This document shows positions 1 through 7,972 of a stretch of DNA of 32,000 bases, one piece after another (within the stretch, counting starts at the first letter, position 1; every line of letters begins with the position of its first letter). A model generated the notes under the pieces. It saw nothing but the letters and a program-made list of their open reading frames with translations, made no database searches and was not told the origin of the DNA. The DNA lies in NCBI GenBank assembly GCA_965224465.1, contig OZ245049.1, positions 870,001 to 902,000 of the forward strand, given 5' to 3'. The translations under genes were made by a program, and so were the position numbers. The DNA comes from Flavobacteriaceae bacterium (GTDB lineage Bacteria; Bacteroidota; Bacteroidia; Flavobacteriales; Flavobacteriaceae).

Positions 1-23
1 AAAAAAATCAGCATTTTTGTACA

Positions 24-473
24 ATGCAGCAGCTTAATTTACCACCGTATAATCTGAACATCAAAAGTAGTGAAAATAAGCTGGTAATTTTTGATATCGT
101 TCGAAAAAAATACATCATACTCACACCAGAAGAATGGGTTCGACAACATTATATCCACTACTTGATTGAAGAAAAAAAATATCCAATTTCCTTAATAGCT
201 GTAGAAAAACAGCTCAAAGTCAATACCCGTATCAAACGTACAGATATCGTTATTTATAATACCCAAGGCACACCAGAAATTATTGTAGAGTGCAAAGCTC
301 CATCCATCAAAATATCTCAGCATGTTTTTGATCAAATAGCACGTTATAACATGGAATTAAAAGCTCCCTTTTTAATTGTAACTAATGGTTTATTACATTA
401 TTACTGCCGTCAAAACTTCGAAAAAAAATGTTATGAATTCTTAAGAGATATCCCTGAATTTAAAAAGAAATAA
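24..473 (+). CDS. Standalone HsdR N-terminal-domain-like (restriction-endonuclease-fold) small protein
   Basis: 149-aa ORF. The pattern LTPEEWVRQ...DIVIY...IVECKAP...FDQIARYN...IVTNG matches the short 'type I restriction enzyme HsdR N-terminal domain' family common in Flavobacteriia. Recognised by eye. Confidence 0.65.
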   Translation: MQQLNLPPYNLNIKSSENKLVIFDIVRKKYIILTPEEWVRQHYIHYLIEEKKYPISLIAVEKQLKVNTRIKRTDIVIYNTQGTPEIIVECKAPSIKISQHVFDQIARYNMELKAPFLIVTNGLLHYYCRQNFEKKCYEFLRDIPEFKKK

Positions 474-512
474 TCCTTGTCTTATTTAAGCAAACACTGC
501 TGAAATTTTACC

Positions 513-520
513 TACATTTG
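513..520 (+). promoter_or_regulatory. Candidate Bacteroidota -7 promoter element (TACATTTG = TAnnTTTG)
   Basis: Exact TAnnTTTG match 17 nt upstream of the ATG at 538. No well-spaced -33 TTTG seen. Confidence 0.3.
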
Positions 521-537
521 ACCAAAAATTATCCTAT

Positions 538-1530
538 ATGAACTTTGCCATTGTGATCTTAAACTGGAACGGAAAACAACTATTAGAACAATTTTTACCA
601 AGCATTATAGCCTATAGTGACCCTTCCTATTCAAGTATTTATGTGGCAGACAATGCCTCTACGGATGATTCTATTTTATTTATTAAAGAAACCTATCCGA
701 GTATTAAAATTATTGAGAACAATAGTAATGGTGGTTATGCCAAAGGTTATAATGATGCTCTAAAACATGTAGATGAAGAAATTTACGCCTTGGTAAATTC
801 TGATATCGAAGTCACTAAAAACTGGCTAGCTCCTATTAGAGAATTGTATATGACTCAAAATAAAACCGTAATTATACAGCCTAAAATACTAGATTTCAAA
901 CAAAAAGACCTCTTTGAATACGCAGGAGCAGCAGGTGGGTTTTTAGACAAGTATGGCTATCCATTTTGTAGAGGGCGTATTTTTAACAGTATAGAAAAAG
1001 ATCAAGGACAATACAACGACATTCTCCCCATTTTTTGGGCTTCTGGAGCTTGTTTTTTTATAAAAAAGGATGCTTTTAATGAGTTAAATGGTTTTGATGA
1101 AGCTTATTTTGCCCATCAAGAAGAGATCGATTTATGTTGGCGTGCTCAAAACTTAGGGATGGCTGTTGTATACAATGGACACTCCACAGTTTACCATGTT
1201 GGAGGAGCAACACTCAATGAGCTTAACCCTCAAAAAACATACTTAAATTTCCGTAATAGCTTATGTAATTTAGTGAAAAACACGCCTAAAAAAGGAATGT
1301 TCTTATTACTATTTACTAGATTAATGCTCGATGGAATTGCAGGAGTTAAATTTATGCTAGAATTAAAGCCTCGTCATACAATTGCCATTATCAAAGCACA
1401 TTTTGGTTTTTATTCCATGTTTTCTTCTATGCTAAAAAAACGAAATTCAACTTTAAAAAATGTCCCTTATTATAAAACCAAAAGTATTGTTTGGGATTAT
1501 TTCATAAAAGGAAAAAAAGAATTTAAATAG
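538..1530 (+). CDS. Glycosyltransferase family 2 protein
   Basis: 330-aa ORF. N-terminal IVILNWNG...DNASTDDS...GYAKGYN and later EEIDLCWR motifs are typical of GT2 rhamnosyltransferase-like enzymes. Confidence 0.8.
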   Translation: MNFAIVILNWNGKQLLEQFLPSIIAYSDPSYSSIYVADNASTDDSILFIKETYPSIKIIENNSNGGYAKGYNDALKHVDEEIYALVNSDIEVTKNWLAPIRELYMTQNKTVIIQPKILDFKQKDLFEYAGAAGGFLDKYGYPFCRGRIFNSIEKDQGQYNDILPIFWASGACFFIKKDAFNELNGFDEAYFAHQEEIDLCWRAQNLGMAVVYNGHSTVYHVGGATLNELNPQKTYLNFRNSLCNLVKNTPKKGMFLLLFTRLMLDGIAGVKFMLELKPRHTIAIIKAHFGFYSMFSSMLKKRNSTLKNVPYYKTKSIVWDYFIKGKKEFK

Positions 1531-1584
1531 GATTACACCAATAGTTATTAGCACATTATAGACGATTCAAAACAGCAAACAATA

Positions 1585-1718
1585 TGGAAATAGATCCACG
1601 TCAGCTTTCTTTTTAAAACCATCCTTAGTAGAACAAATTATAAAGCATTGTTCCCTTAAATTTTTTAACAAAGGAACTGAAATTTTAAGAGCAGAACAAT
1701 ATATAATATCAATTACAT
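1585..1718 (+). pseudogene. Remnant of a Crp/Fnr-type (cNMP-binding) regulator N-terminus
   Basis: ATG at 1585 stops after 10 codons. A shifted frame reads SLVEQIIKHCSLKFFNKGTEILRAEQYI, resembling the start of flavobacterial Crp/Fnr regulators (…GTEILREGQYVK…). Similarity ends where repeat copy A begins (~1719). Confidence 0.35.
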
Positions 1719-1860
1719 TCCAAACTGACCGATATAAAAATTTATTTTACGTTCTAGCGTTGTTAAAAAATAGAACGATAGCTAATATCCATCCATTTTC
1801 CGGCTAGCTAAAAAAATAATTCCATTTTTAAACCTTCACTTGGAAATGTATTTAATATAA
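1719..1860 (+). repeat. Copy A of a ~140-nt hairpin-rich intergenic repeat family
   Basis: Aligns by eye along its length with 18971..19122. Shared blocks are CCAAAnTGACCnATATAAA, TTTTACGTTCTAGCGTTGTTAAAAAAnAGAACGATAGCTAA and AATTCCATT...GGAAATGTATTT. Contains paired arms CGTTCT/AGAACG, TAGCTA/TAGCTA and TTCCA/TGGAA. Confidence 0.7.
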
Positions 1861-1936
1861 CACTCCCCTAGCATGGTTATCAATCATGCTGTAACCCGAA
1901 ATCGTTAAAAATTCATACGTCTATTATATGATTTTT

Positions 1937-2119
1937 TTAAGCTCTTTCCAAAAGGCCCCATCTACTTTTGCTAGCTTGAGTTTTTTTAAATAAACGTGCT
2001 GTGTTTACATACGTGGTTCTGTATTCCTGAGTACAAAACACTTTTGTCCATACACCTAATTTACTTAAATACATTTTTAAGTACTCATAACCGTTGTGTC
2101 GTAAGCGTACCGTATCCAT
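1937..2119 (-). CDS. Hypothetical small protein (60 aa), doubtful
   Basis: ATG-initiated ORF in otherwise non-coding DNA. No recognisable motif; could be a gene fragment or a chance ORF. Confidence 0.2.
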   Translation of the reverse strand: MDTVRLRHNGYEYLKMYLSKLGVWTKVFCTQEYRTTYVNTARLFKKTQASKSRWGLLERA

Positions 2120-2288
2120 AGCAATTATTATTTATATTCTTAGGATAAAACAGACCCCTAGTAAAATCCTTGCTTAATTCATACTTTTAAAAAGCAAAAA
2201 AAACAGGAATCCCCCTTTAGGATAAGCATGTAAACAAAATTAACCAGAATTAAAAACACAAGAATTCACGCGCATAACATTATTTTTA

Positions 2289-2296
2289 TATATTTG
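2289..2296 (+). promoter_or_regulatory. Candidate -7 promoter element (TATATTTG) upstream of the Hcp-like gene
   Basis: Exact TAnnTTTG match about 155 nt upstream of the ATG at 2452. No clear -33 element. Confidence 0.25.
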
Positions 2297-2451
2297 ACCT
2301 ACGATTAAAAACAGACACGCCCTAATAACAAGCACTCCCTACATTGTGAACTAGATGGATATACCATCAAGTTTGGAATTCTTATTGTGAGAATATTACG
2401 TATTACAAAACATTGACATACGCAAACAACTTAATAGAACAAAAAAATAAT

Positions 2452-3138
2452 ATGGTAAAAGCAATATTAATAATAGATGGAAAAGAAGTAAACGTACGTT
2501 GGTTTACTATCAAATTTAATCAAGGAGCAAATCCTAACGGCAGACCTTCTCAAATTCCAGTATTTGTAGGTTTTAAACTAATTATAGAAACTAGAAAAGA
2601 CCTAAACCTAGCTGAATGGTCCTTTTCCTCCAGACAAGCAAAGCAGATCATCTTACATATAAAACCAGTTATTATTGGAGGAAAAACAAGAAAAATATTT
2701 TTCTATGACTGCCATCTTGTAAATTGGAAAACCAATTTTTCTTCTACAGGTTCAGATCCAATGACGGAAACTTTAGAAATCACCTGTGCTGGTGTTGAAG
2801 ATTCTAACTCGTTTGGTGTGTATTCTGCATCTTGGAGAGTTACGTATCCAGCAATAGAGGTTGAAGCTACTACTCTAGAAGAAAACAATAAAGAAATCAC
2901 ACGTTATTATTTAACAAACCCAGAAGGCGAACGCATCGTAGATTATAATGAGGATGATATAATTATAGTAAACACGGAAACCCAAAATCGCATAGGAGAT
3001 GTTTTAACTATAAACTTAGACGATCCTGAGTATGATTTTGAATACAATGGAATTTTACTCATTAATGATTCTCTTGAAATTGTTATTCAAAATAATTTAG
3101 AACTAACAGAATTAAAAGTAGTTGAACAAAATAAATAA
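2452..3138 (+). CDS. Hcp/TssD-like tube-protein domain (aa 1-130) with a ~98-aa C-terminal extension
   Basis: Start placed at ATG 2452; the track ORF begins at an upstream TTG. MVKAILIIDGKEVNV..F.I.FNQ....NGRPS......GF.L.IE...D..LAEW......K.I.L.......GK...I.F.D..LV.W...F...G..PM.E.LEI follows the conserved-residue spacing of Bacteroidota TssD. Residues 131-228 have no counterpart in canonical ~130-aa TssD. Confidence 0.6.
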   Translation: MVKAILIIDGKEVNVRWFTIKFNQGANPNGRPSQIPVFVGFKLIIETRKDLNLAEWSFSSRQAKQIILHIKPVIIGGKTRKIFFYDCHLVNWKTNFSSTGSDPMTETLEITCAGVEDSNSFGVYSASWRVTYPAIEVEATTLEENNKEITRYYLTNPEGERIVDYNEDDIIIVNTETQNRIGDVLTINLDDPEYDFEYNGILLINDSLEIVIQNNLELTELKVVEQNK

Positions 3139-3877
3139 AGAGTAATGACTAAATTAAAAAAAACTGGTTTTAGAATAACATTTGAAGACGGTGAAACTAG
3201 GACTATATACTTACAACCTATTGCGAACAAAAAATGTTCTATTAGGTTTGAGGCAGATAAATCAGACATCATAAATGGTATATTTGGTTTCGATGAGATC
3301 CCTTATAACGACAAATCCCCTGAAAAAAGAACAAAAAAACTATCTGAAATTTGTTTCTCTGACATCCATAAATTAAAAGATGAATACATACCTATTACCG
3401 TAGAAGGTAAAGAATACTTAGCCCCGTGGATCAGTATCAGAAAAGACCAAACAATCACTTTGGATGTGATTCTGAAAATCAAAAAAGAAGAGGAATATCA
3501 AAGTATTGTTTTTGAAGAACATCCTGATTTTACGATAATACCTATAGATAAGAAAGGAACTAAAGTTGATTTAAAAAAAGCTAAAAAAATAAAAATAACC
3601 TGTAATAACACCAACCAAAAAACCGTTCAAATAAAAATAATAGCAGACGAAAAAGAGGCAGGAGCAATAAATTTTTGGTATCCAAAACCAAAAACTATTG
3701 ACCTAAAATGGTATTTCATTGAGCTAACAGGTAACGATAAAGACAATGATGATTTAAAACATAAAATAGACCGATCTAAATTAGAAGCATTACTAAAAAA
3801 AGGTTTAAACCCTGCCTTAATTGATGTTAACATTCTAAATAAAAATGCCGAAATAATTGACATGACCGAATATGCTA

Positions 3878-5003
3878 GCTGAATTCAAGTCACAAACGCA
3901 ACTTTTAGTTAAATAATAATTGTTCCATTACAAATATAGGGTTTTGATATTTATGTCTCTTCCTAGGTCTGTTATTTAATTTTGTTTCTACCTCTTTGAT
4001 TCTTTGATCTGTTAGGTTTGTAAAGTCACTTCCTTTGGCAAAATATTGTCTAATCAAACCATTTAAATTTTCGTTAGATCCTCTTTCCCAAGAGTGATAT
4101 GGATGCGCAAAAAAGTAATCAATACATAAATTTTCTGCAACCTGCTCATGGCCTGCAAATTCTTTTCCATTATCAGCTGTTATAGTATGTAGATAAGGCT
4201 TCCAGTCTTCTAATATTTCATTGATAGCTTTAGTGACAACAACTGCTTCTTTAGAGCTTACTTTTTTCATTTTAAGCATTCCAGAAGCTCTATCATTTAC
4301 GGTAAGTATGGCTTGATTATGGTTTTTACCTATGATTAAATCGACCTCTAAATCTCCAAATCGATTTCTTTGTTCAACAACTTCAGGGCGTTGTTCTATA
4401 CTAATACGATTCTTTATAACCCCTCTAGAATCCTTTGATGAGCCACGTTTTCTATATCTCCTTCCCTGTCTGCGAAGGTGTGTATGTAAATCACCATCAT
4501 TCCTCTTGTCTTCCCTAATATGCTGATATATACGCTCAATAGACACCGTTTCTTTACCTTGTTTTTTTAGGACACCAACTACTTGCTCAGGACTATAATC
4601 GTCTCGCAATAACAACTCTATTGCTTGTTGAATATCTTCTGTAAAGCGTTTTCTTTTAGGCTTTTCTTTATGACGTTTAGCATACTTTTTTTGGGCTAAT
4701 TCATGCTTGTAAACTCCATTTCTTTTGTCTGAATTACGCTTAATCTCTTTGCTAATAACAGACTTGTCTTTTCCTATAGCAGCTGCTATCTCAACCTGTT
4801 TATAACCTTGTTTTAACATGCAACAAATTGTGTATCTTTGCGCTTGGGTGATGTGTTTCATACAACTTCTTTTTTCGAGATTTGAGACCGTAAGATACAT
4901 ATCCATCAAGACAAGAAAGGTAGGTTTTCCTACTTTTCTGTTTTGAAAATATAACCATCATAGAATCAAATCGAAAAGTTGCGTTTATTAGTTGAATTTA
5001 AGA
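3878..5003 (-). mobile_element. IS30-family insertion sequence, copy 1 (1126 bp)
   Basis: About 99% identical (nine substitutions counted by eye) to 25446..26571. Imperfect ~27-bp terminal inverted repeats: 3880..3906 TGAATTCAAGTCACAAACGCAACTTTT versus the reverse complement of 4974..5000, TTAAATTCAACTAATAAACGCAACTTTT. Flanked by a 2-bp direct repeat TA (3876-3877 and 5004-5005). Confidence 0.9.
3905..4861 (-). CDS. IS30-family DDE transposase
   Basis: N-terminal HTH (QRYTICCMLKQGYKQVEIAAAIGKDKSVISKEIKRN). Catalytic core reads FGDLEVDLIIGK...ITADNGKEFAGH...FAHPYHSWERGSNENLNGLIRQYF...LNNRPRK, the classic IS30 signature. Start set at MKHITQAQ (ATG 4861); the track ORF extends to 4909. Confidence 0.9.
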   Translation of the reverse strand: MKHITQAQRYTICCMLKQGYKQVEIAAAIGKDKSVISKEIKRNSDKRNGVYKHELAQKKYAKRHKEKPKRKRFTEDIQQAIELLLRDDYSPEQVVGVLKKQGKETVSIERIYQHIREDKRNDGDLHTHLRRQGRRYRKRGSSKDSRGVIKNRISIEQRPEVVEQRNRFGDLEVDLIIGKNHNQAILTVNDRASGMLKMKKVSSKEAVVVTKAINEILEDWKPYLHTITADNGKEFAGHEQVAENLCIDYFFAHPYHSWERGSNENLNGLIRQYFAKGSDFTNLTDQRIKEVETKLNNRPRKRHKYQNPIFVMEQLLFN

Positions 5004-5478
5004 TATTAAATATTTTAAAAAAAGAAATATCATCAAAAAACAAGGAAGGTATACTTATATTGAAAGTGATAAAAAAGAATTATTTTCTGGAGCTGTACAA
5101 CAATTTTCAAAACCAGATCATAACATTGTAAACCTCTACATTACAAACCGTACATGTATAAATACAGATGAACTAAATAATGAAAATAAAACTTTTGATG
5201 CAGTTGCAGGTTTTTCTCCTGTCAATACAGGTGTTGCTTTTGGAATTTTAGAACCGAATGATCAAAAACTTTTACCAACCGCAGTTATGCACGAAATAAT
5301 GCATGCTTTAGGCTTAAAACACACATTTACGGAAGGTGAAGAGGGTGATTTAGGAAAAAAACATGTATTTAAACTAAAAAGCAGTACTAATTATATGGAC
5401 TATAAAAAAAGAAAGGAGTTTACTTGGAAATGGCAATGGGAGAAATTGCACAATTATTCACACTTAAAATAACCGATT

Positions 5479-6171
5479 ATGAAATTCTTATATTTTACTA
5501 TTAGTAGCATCTTATTTATTTCTTGTAGCTCTCTACCAAAGGAATATCTAACTACCAATAACAGTTGTTATTATAATGATCCTATTTTTAAAATCACAAA
5601 AGATGAAATGGTTTTTGACGTTAAAAAATATGGTAAAAAACTTGAAGAAGGTGATTTAGTTTTAGTTGATAATCCGAATTTTAAAAACTTATATTATCAA
5701 TGGGCAAAAGATAAAGACATAATGAACATACAAAGTAATAAAAACCTTCGTATTGACAAAAACATTGGTTTTTATCCAAATGGAAATATACAATATAGTA
5801 ATTTTGAATATGTTAATGGAGATACCAAAATAGGTAAAGAAACAGATTACAATCAACAAGGCAATATAACCAAAGTAATAGATTATGAAAAAGGCTATCA
5901 AATATGTTGGACAGAAGCTATTGAAATTGTAAAACAAATAGCTAAAAAAGATATCAAAAAATACAACGTCACTAGTTTTAATCTTCTGCGAAATAATATG
6001 AATGAATTTCCTGACCTAAAACCAGAATGGGAAATCACTTTGAACGGAAATGAAGAATATGAAGAAAAAAAATATTCTAAAAAAGGTAAAAAGATTTATA
6101 TTATTGATGGTATCACAGGGGGTTTAACAAATATAAAAGCGATTAGAATGATCTATCCTGGTATGGAGTAA
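5479..6171 (+). CDS. Secreted lipoprotein-like protein, array copy 1 (candidate immunity protein; variant A)
   Basis: 230 aa. Signal peptide with Cys (SSILFISC-SS). Starts 6 nt after the metallopeptidase stop. The central aa 52-125 are variable and MORN/YwqK-like (YPNGNIQYSNFEYVNGD...). The C-terminal TEAIEIVKQIAKKDIKKYNVTSF...EWEITLNG...KKIYIIDGITGGL resembles a PepSY fold pattern. Confidence 0.8.
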   Translation: MKFLYFTISSILFISCSSLPKEYLTTNNSCYYNDPIFKITKDEMVFDVKKYGKKLEEGDLVLVDNPNFKNLYYQWAKDKDIMNIQSNKNLRIDKNIGFYPNGNIQYSNFEYVNGDTKIGKETDYNQQGNITKVIDYEKGYQICWTEAIEIVKQIAKKDIKKYNVTSFNLLRNNMNEFPDLKPEWEITLNGNEEYEEKKYSKKGKKIYIIDGITGGLTNIKAIRMIYPGME

Positions 6172-6311
6172 TTACATATTTAAAAAAAAGAAATAGCATC
6201 AAAAAAACAAGGAAGGCATACTTATATTTAAAGTAATAAAAAAGAAAGGAGTTTACTTGGAAATGGCAATGGGAGAAATTGCACAATTATTCACACTTAA
6301 AATAACCGATT
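6172..6311 (+). pseudogene. Toxin-gene ghost 1 (5' ~65 nt joined to 3' ~70 nt of the toxin C-part; catalytic core absent)
   Basis: Aligns to ~5009..5078 and then directly to ~5411..5478. The junction lies in the microhomology ATAAAAAAGAA. About 333 nt, including HEIMHALGLKH, are missing. An in-frame TAA (TATATTTAA versus TATATTGAA) makes it non-coding. Confidence 0.8.
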
Positions 6312-7001
6312 ATGAAATTCTTATATTTTATTATTAGTAGTATCTTATTTATTTCTTGTAGCTCTCTACCAAAGGAATATCTAACTACCAATAACAGTTG
6401 TTATTATAATGATCCTATTTTTAAAATCACAAAAGATGAAATGGTTTTTGACGTTAAAAAGTATAAAGACACATTGGATAAAGGGCGTTTAGTTTTTACA
6501 AAACGTAATAATTTAAAAAATAATTTTCATAAATCTAAAGATGGAAGTATAACTTTTAAACAAACAAACAAGCGATTAAATATTCAAAGGACAATTGAAT
6601 ATGATAAAAAAGGCAATATATTATTATCTTACTTTAAGTATTTAAATGGTAGTTCGTATCTAAAAAAAGAAACATCCTATGACCAACAAGGCAATATAAC
6701 CAAAGTAATAGATTACGAAAAAGGCTATCAGATATGTTGGACAGAAGCTATTGAAATTGTAAAACAAATAGCTAAAAAAGACATTGAAAAATACAACGTC
6801 ACTAGTTTTAATCTTTTGCGAAACGATATGAATGAATTTCCTGACCTAAAACCAGAATGGGAAATCACTTTGAACGGAAATGAAGAATATGAAGAAAAAA
6901 AATATTCTAAAAAAGGTAAAAAGATTTATATTATTGACGGTAACACAGGGGATTTAACAAATATAAAAGCGATTAGAATGATCTATCCTGGTATGGAGTA
7001 A
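6312..7001 (+). CDS. Secreted lipoprotein-like protein, array copy 2 (variant B)
   Basis: 229 aa. The first 51 aa and last ~105 aa are near-identical to copy 1. The centre is unrelated in sequence (KDTLDKGRLVFTKRNNLKNNFHKSKDGSITFKQTNKRLNIQRTIEYDKKGNILLSYFKYLNGSSY). Confidence 0.8.
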   Translation: MKFLYFIISSILFISCSSLPKEYLTTNNSCYYNDPIFKITKDEMVFDVKKYKDTLDKGRLVFTKRNNLKNNFHKSKDGSITFKQTNKRLNIQRTIEYDKKGNILLSYFKYLNGSSYLKKETSYDQQGNITKVIDYEKGYQICWTEAIEIVKQIAKKDIEKYNVTSFNLLRNDMNEFPDLKPEWEITLNGNEEYEEKKYSKKGKKIYIIDGNTGDLTNIKAIRMIYPGME

Positions 7002-7140
7002 ATACATGTTTAAAAAAATAAATATCATCAAAAAAACAAGGAAGGCATACTTATATTTAAAGTAATAAAAAAGAAAGAAGTTTACTTGGAAATGGCAATG
7101 GGAGAAATTGCACAATTATTCACACTTAAAATAACCGATT
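7002..7140 (+). pseudogene. Toxin-gene ghost 2
   Basis: Same composition and same deletion junction as ghost 1. Confidence 0.8.
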
Positions 7141-7833
7141 ATGAAATTCTTATATTTTACTATTAGTAGCATCTTATTTATTTCTTGTAGCTCTCTACCA
7201 AAGGAATATCTAACTACCAATAGCAGTTGTTATTATAATGATCCTATTTTTAAAATCACAAAAGATGAAATGGTTTTTGATATTAAAAAATATGGTAAAA
7301 AACTTGAAGAAGGTGATTTAGTTTTAGTTGATAATCAGAATTTTAAAAATGAATATTATAAATGGAAAGGAGATAGTAAGATTACAAATAGCCAAATTAA
7401 CAAATCGTTAAATATCAAGAAACTTATAAAATATGACGAAAAAGGCAACATATTATTTTCTTACTTTAAGTATTTAAATGGTAGTACGTATCTAAAAAAT
7501 GAAACATCCTATGACCAACAAGGCAATATAACCAAAGTAATAGATTACGAAAAAGGCTATCAAATATGTTGGACAGAAGCTATTGAAATTGTAAAACAAA
7601 TAGCTAAAAAAGATATCAAAAAATACAACGTCACTAGTTTTAATCTTTTGCGAAACGATATGAATGAATTTCCTGACCTAAAACCAGAATGGGAAATCAC
7701 TTTAAACGGAAATGAAGAATATGAAGAAAAAAAATATTCTAAAAAAGGTAAAAAGATTTATATTATTGATGGTATCACAGGAAATTTAACAAATACAAAA
7801 GCGATTAGAATGATCTATCCTGGTATGGAGTAA
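7141..7833 (+). CDS. Secreted lipoprotein-like protein, array copy 3 (A/B chimera)
   Basis: 230 aa. The centre starts like copy 1 (GKKLEEGDLVLVDNQNFKN) and ends like copies 2/4 (KYDEKGNILFSYFKYLNGSTYLKNETSYDQQGN). Confidence 0.8.
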   Translation: MKFLYFTISSILFISCSSLPKEYLTTNSSCYYNDPIFKITKDEMVFDIKKYGKKLEEGDLVLVDNQNFKNEYYKWKGDSKITNSQINKSLNIKKLIKYDEKGNILFSYFKYLNGSTYLKNETSYDQQGNITKVIDYEKGYQICWTEAIEIVKQIAKKDIKKYNVTSFNLLRNDMNEFPDLKPEWEITLNGNEEYEEKKYSKKGKKIYIIDGITGNLTNTKAIRMIYPGME

Positions 7834-7972
7834 ATACATATTTAAAAAAATAAATATCATCAAAAAAACAAGGAAGGCATACTTATATTTAAAGTAATAA
7901 AAAAGAAAGAAGTTTACTTGGAAATGGCAATGGGAGAAATTGCACAATTATTCACACTTAAAATAACCGATT
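7834..7972 (+). pseudogene. Toxin-gene ghost 3
   Basis: Same composition and same deletion junction as ghosts 1 and 2. Confidence 0.8.

Larger units (their letters stand above)
3145..5472 (+). pseudogene. Metzincin-type zinc metallopeptidase (candidate secreted effector/toxin) disrupted by IS30 insertion
   Basis: The N-part is 3145..3877 and the C-part is 5004..5472, in the same absolute frame. Removing the 1126-bp IS plus one copy of the TA duplication (1128 nt, divisible by 3) gives one 399-aa ORF reading ...MTEYA-IKYFKKRN.... The C-part carries MHEIMHALGLKHTF (HExxHxxGxxH) at 5287..5328. There is no N-terminal signal peptide. The gene starts 7 nt after the Hcp-like gene. Confidence 0.7.

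Noticed and set aside
1531-2412. Searched this and other long intergenic regions (8663..8918, 18689..19229, 26941..27282) for tRNA, tmRNA or rRNA genes
   Set aside because: I found no cloverleaf-compatible segments or rRNA-like conserved blocks by eye. A tRNAscan/Infernal run would be needed to exclude them formally.
2703-3863. Antisense ORFs 2703..2900, 3087..3272 and 3627..3863
   Set aside because: All overlap well-supported plus-strand genes. They are typical chance ORFs of AT-rich DNA.
4332-4526. 64-aa ORF antisense to the transposase (also 25900..26094)
   Set aside because: It lies entirely within the IS30 transposase gene on the opposite strand. It has low-complexity composition and no motif.
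5287-5472. 61-aa ORF as an independent small gene
   Set aside because: It is the in-frame tail of the IS-disrupted metallopeptidase. The frame is open back to 5002 and joins 3145..3877 once the IS and TA duplication are removed.
5689-5937. 82-aa antisense ORF inside lipoprotein copy 1
   Set aside because: It is embedded in a conserved plus-strand gene, and the I/F/Y-rich translation is a by-product of A/T-rich codons.
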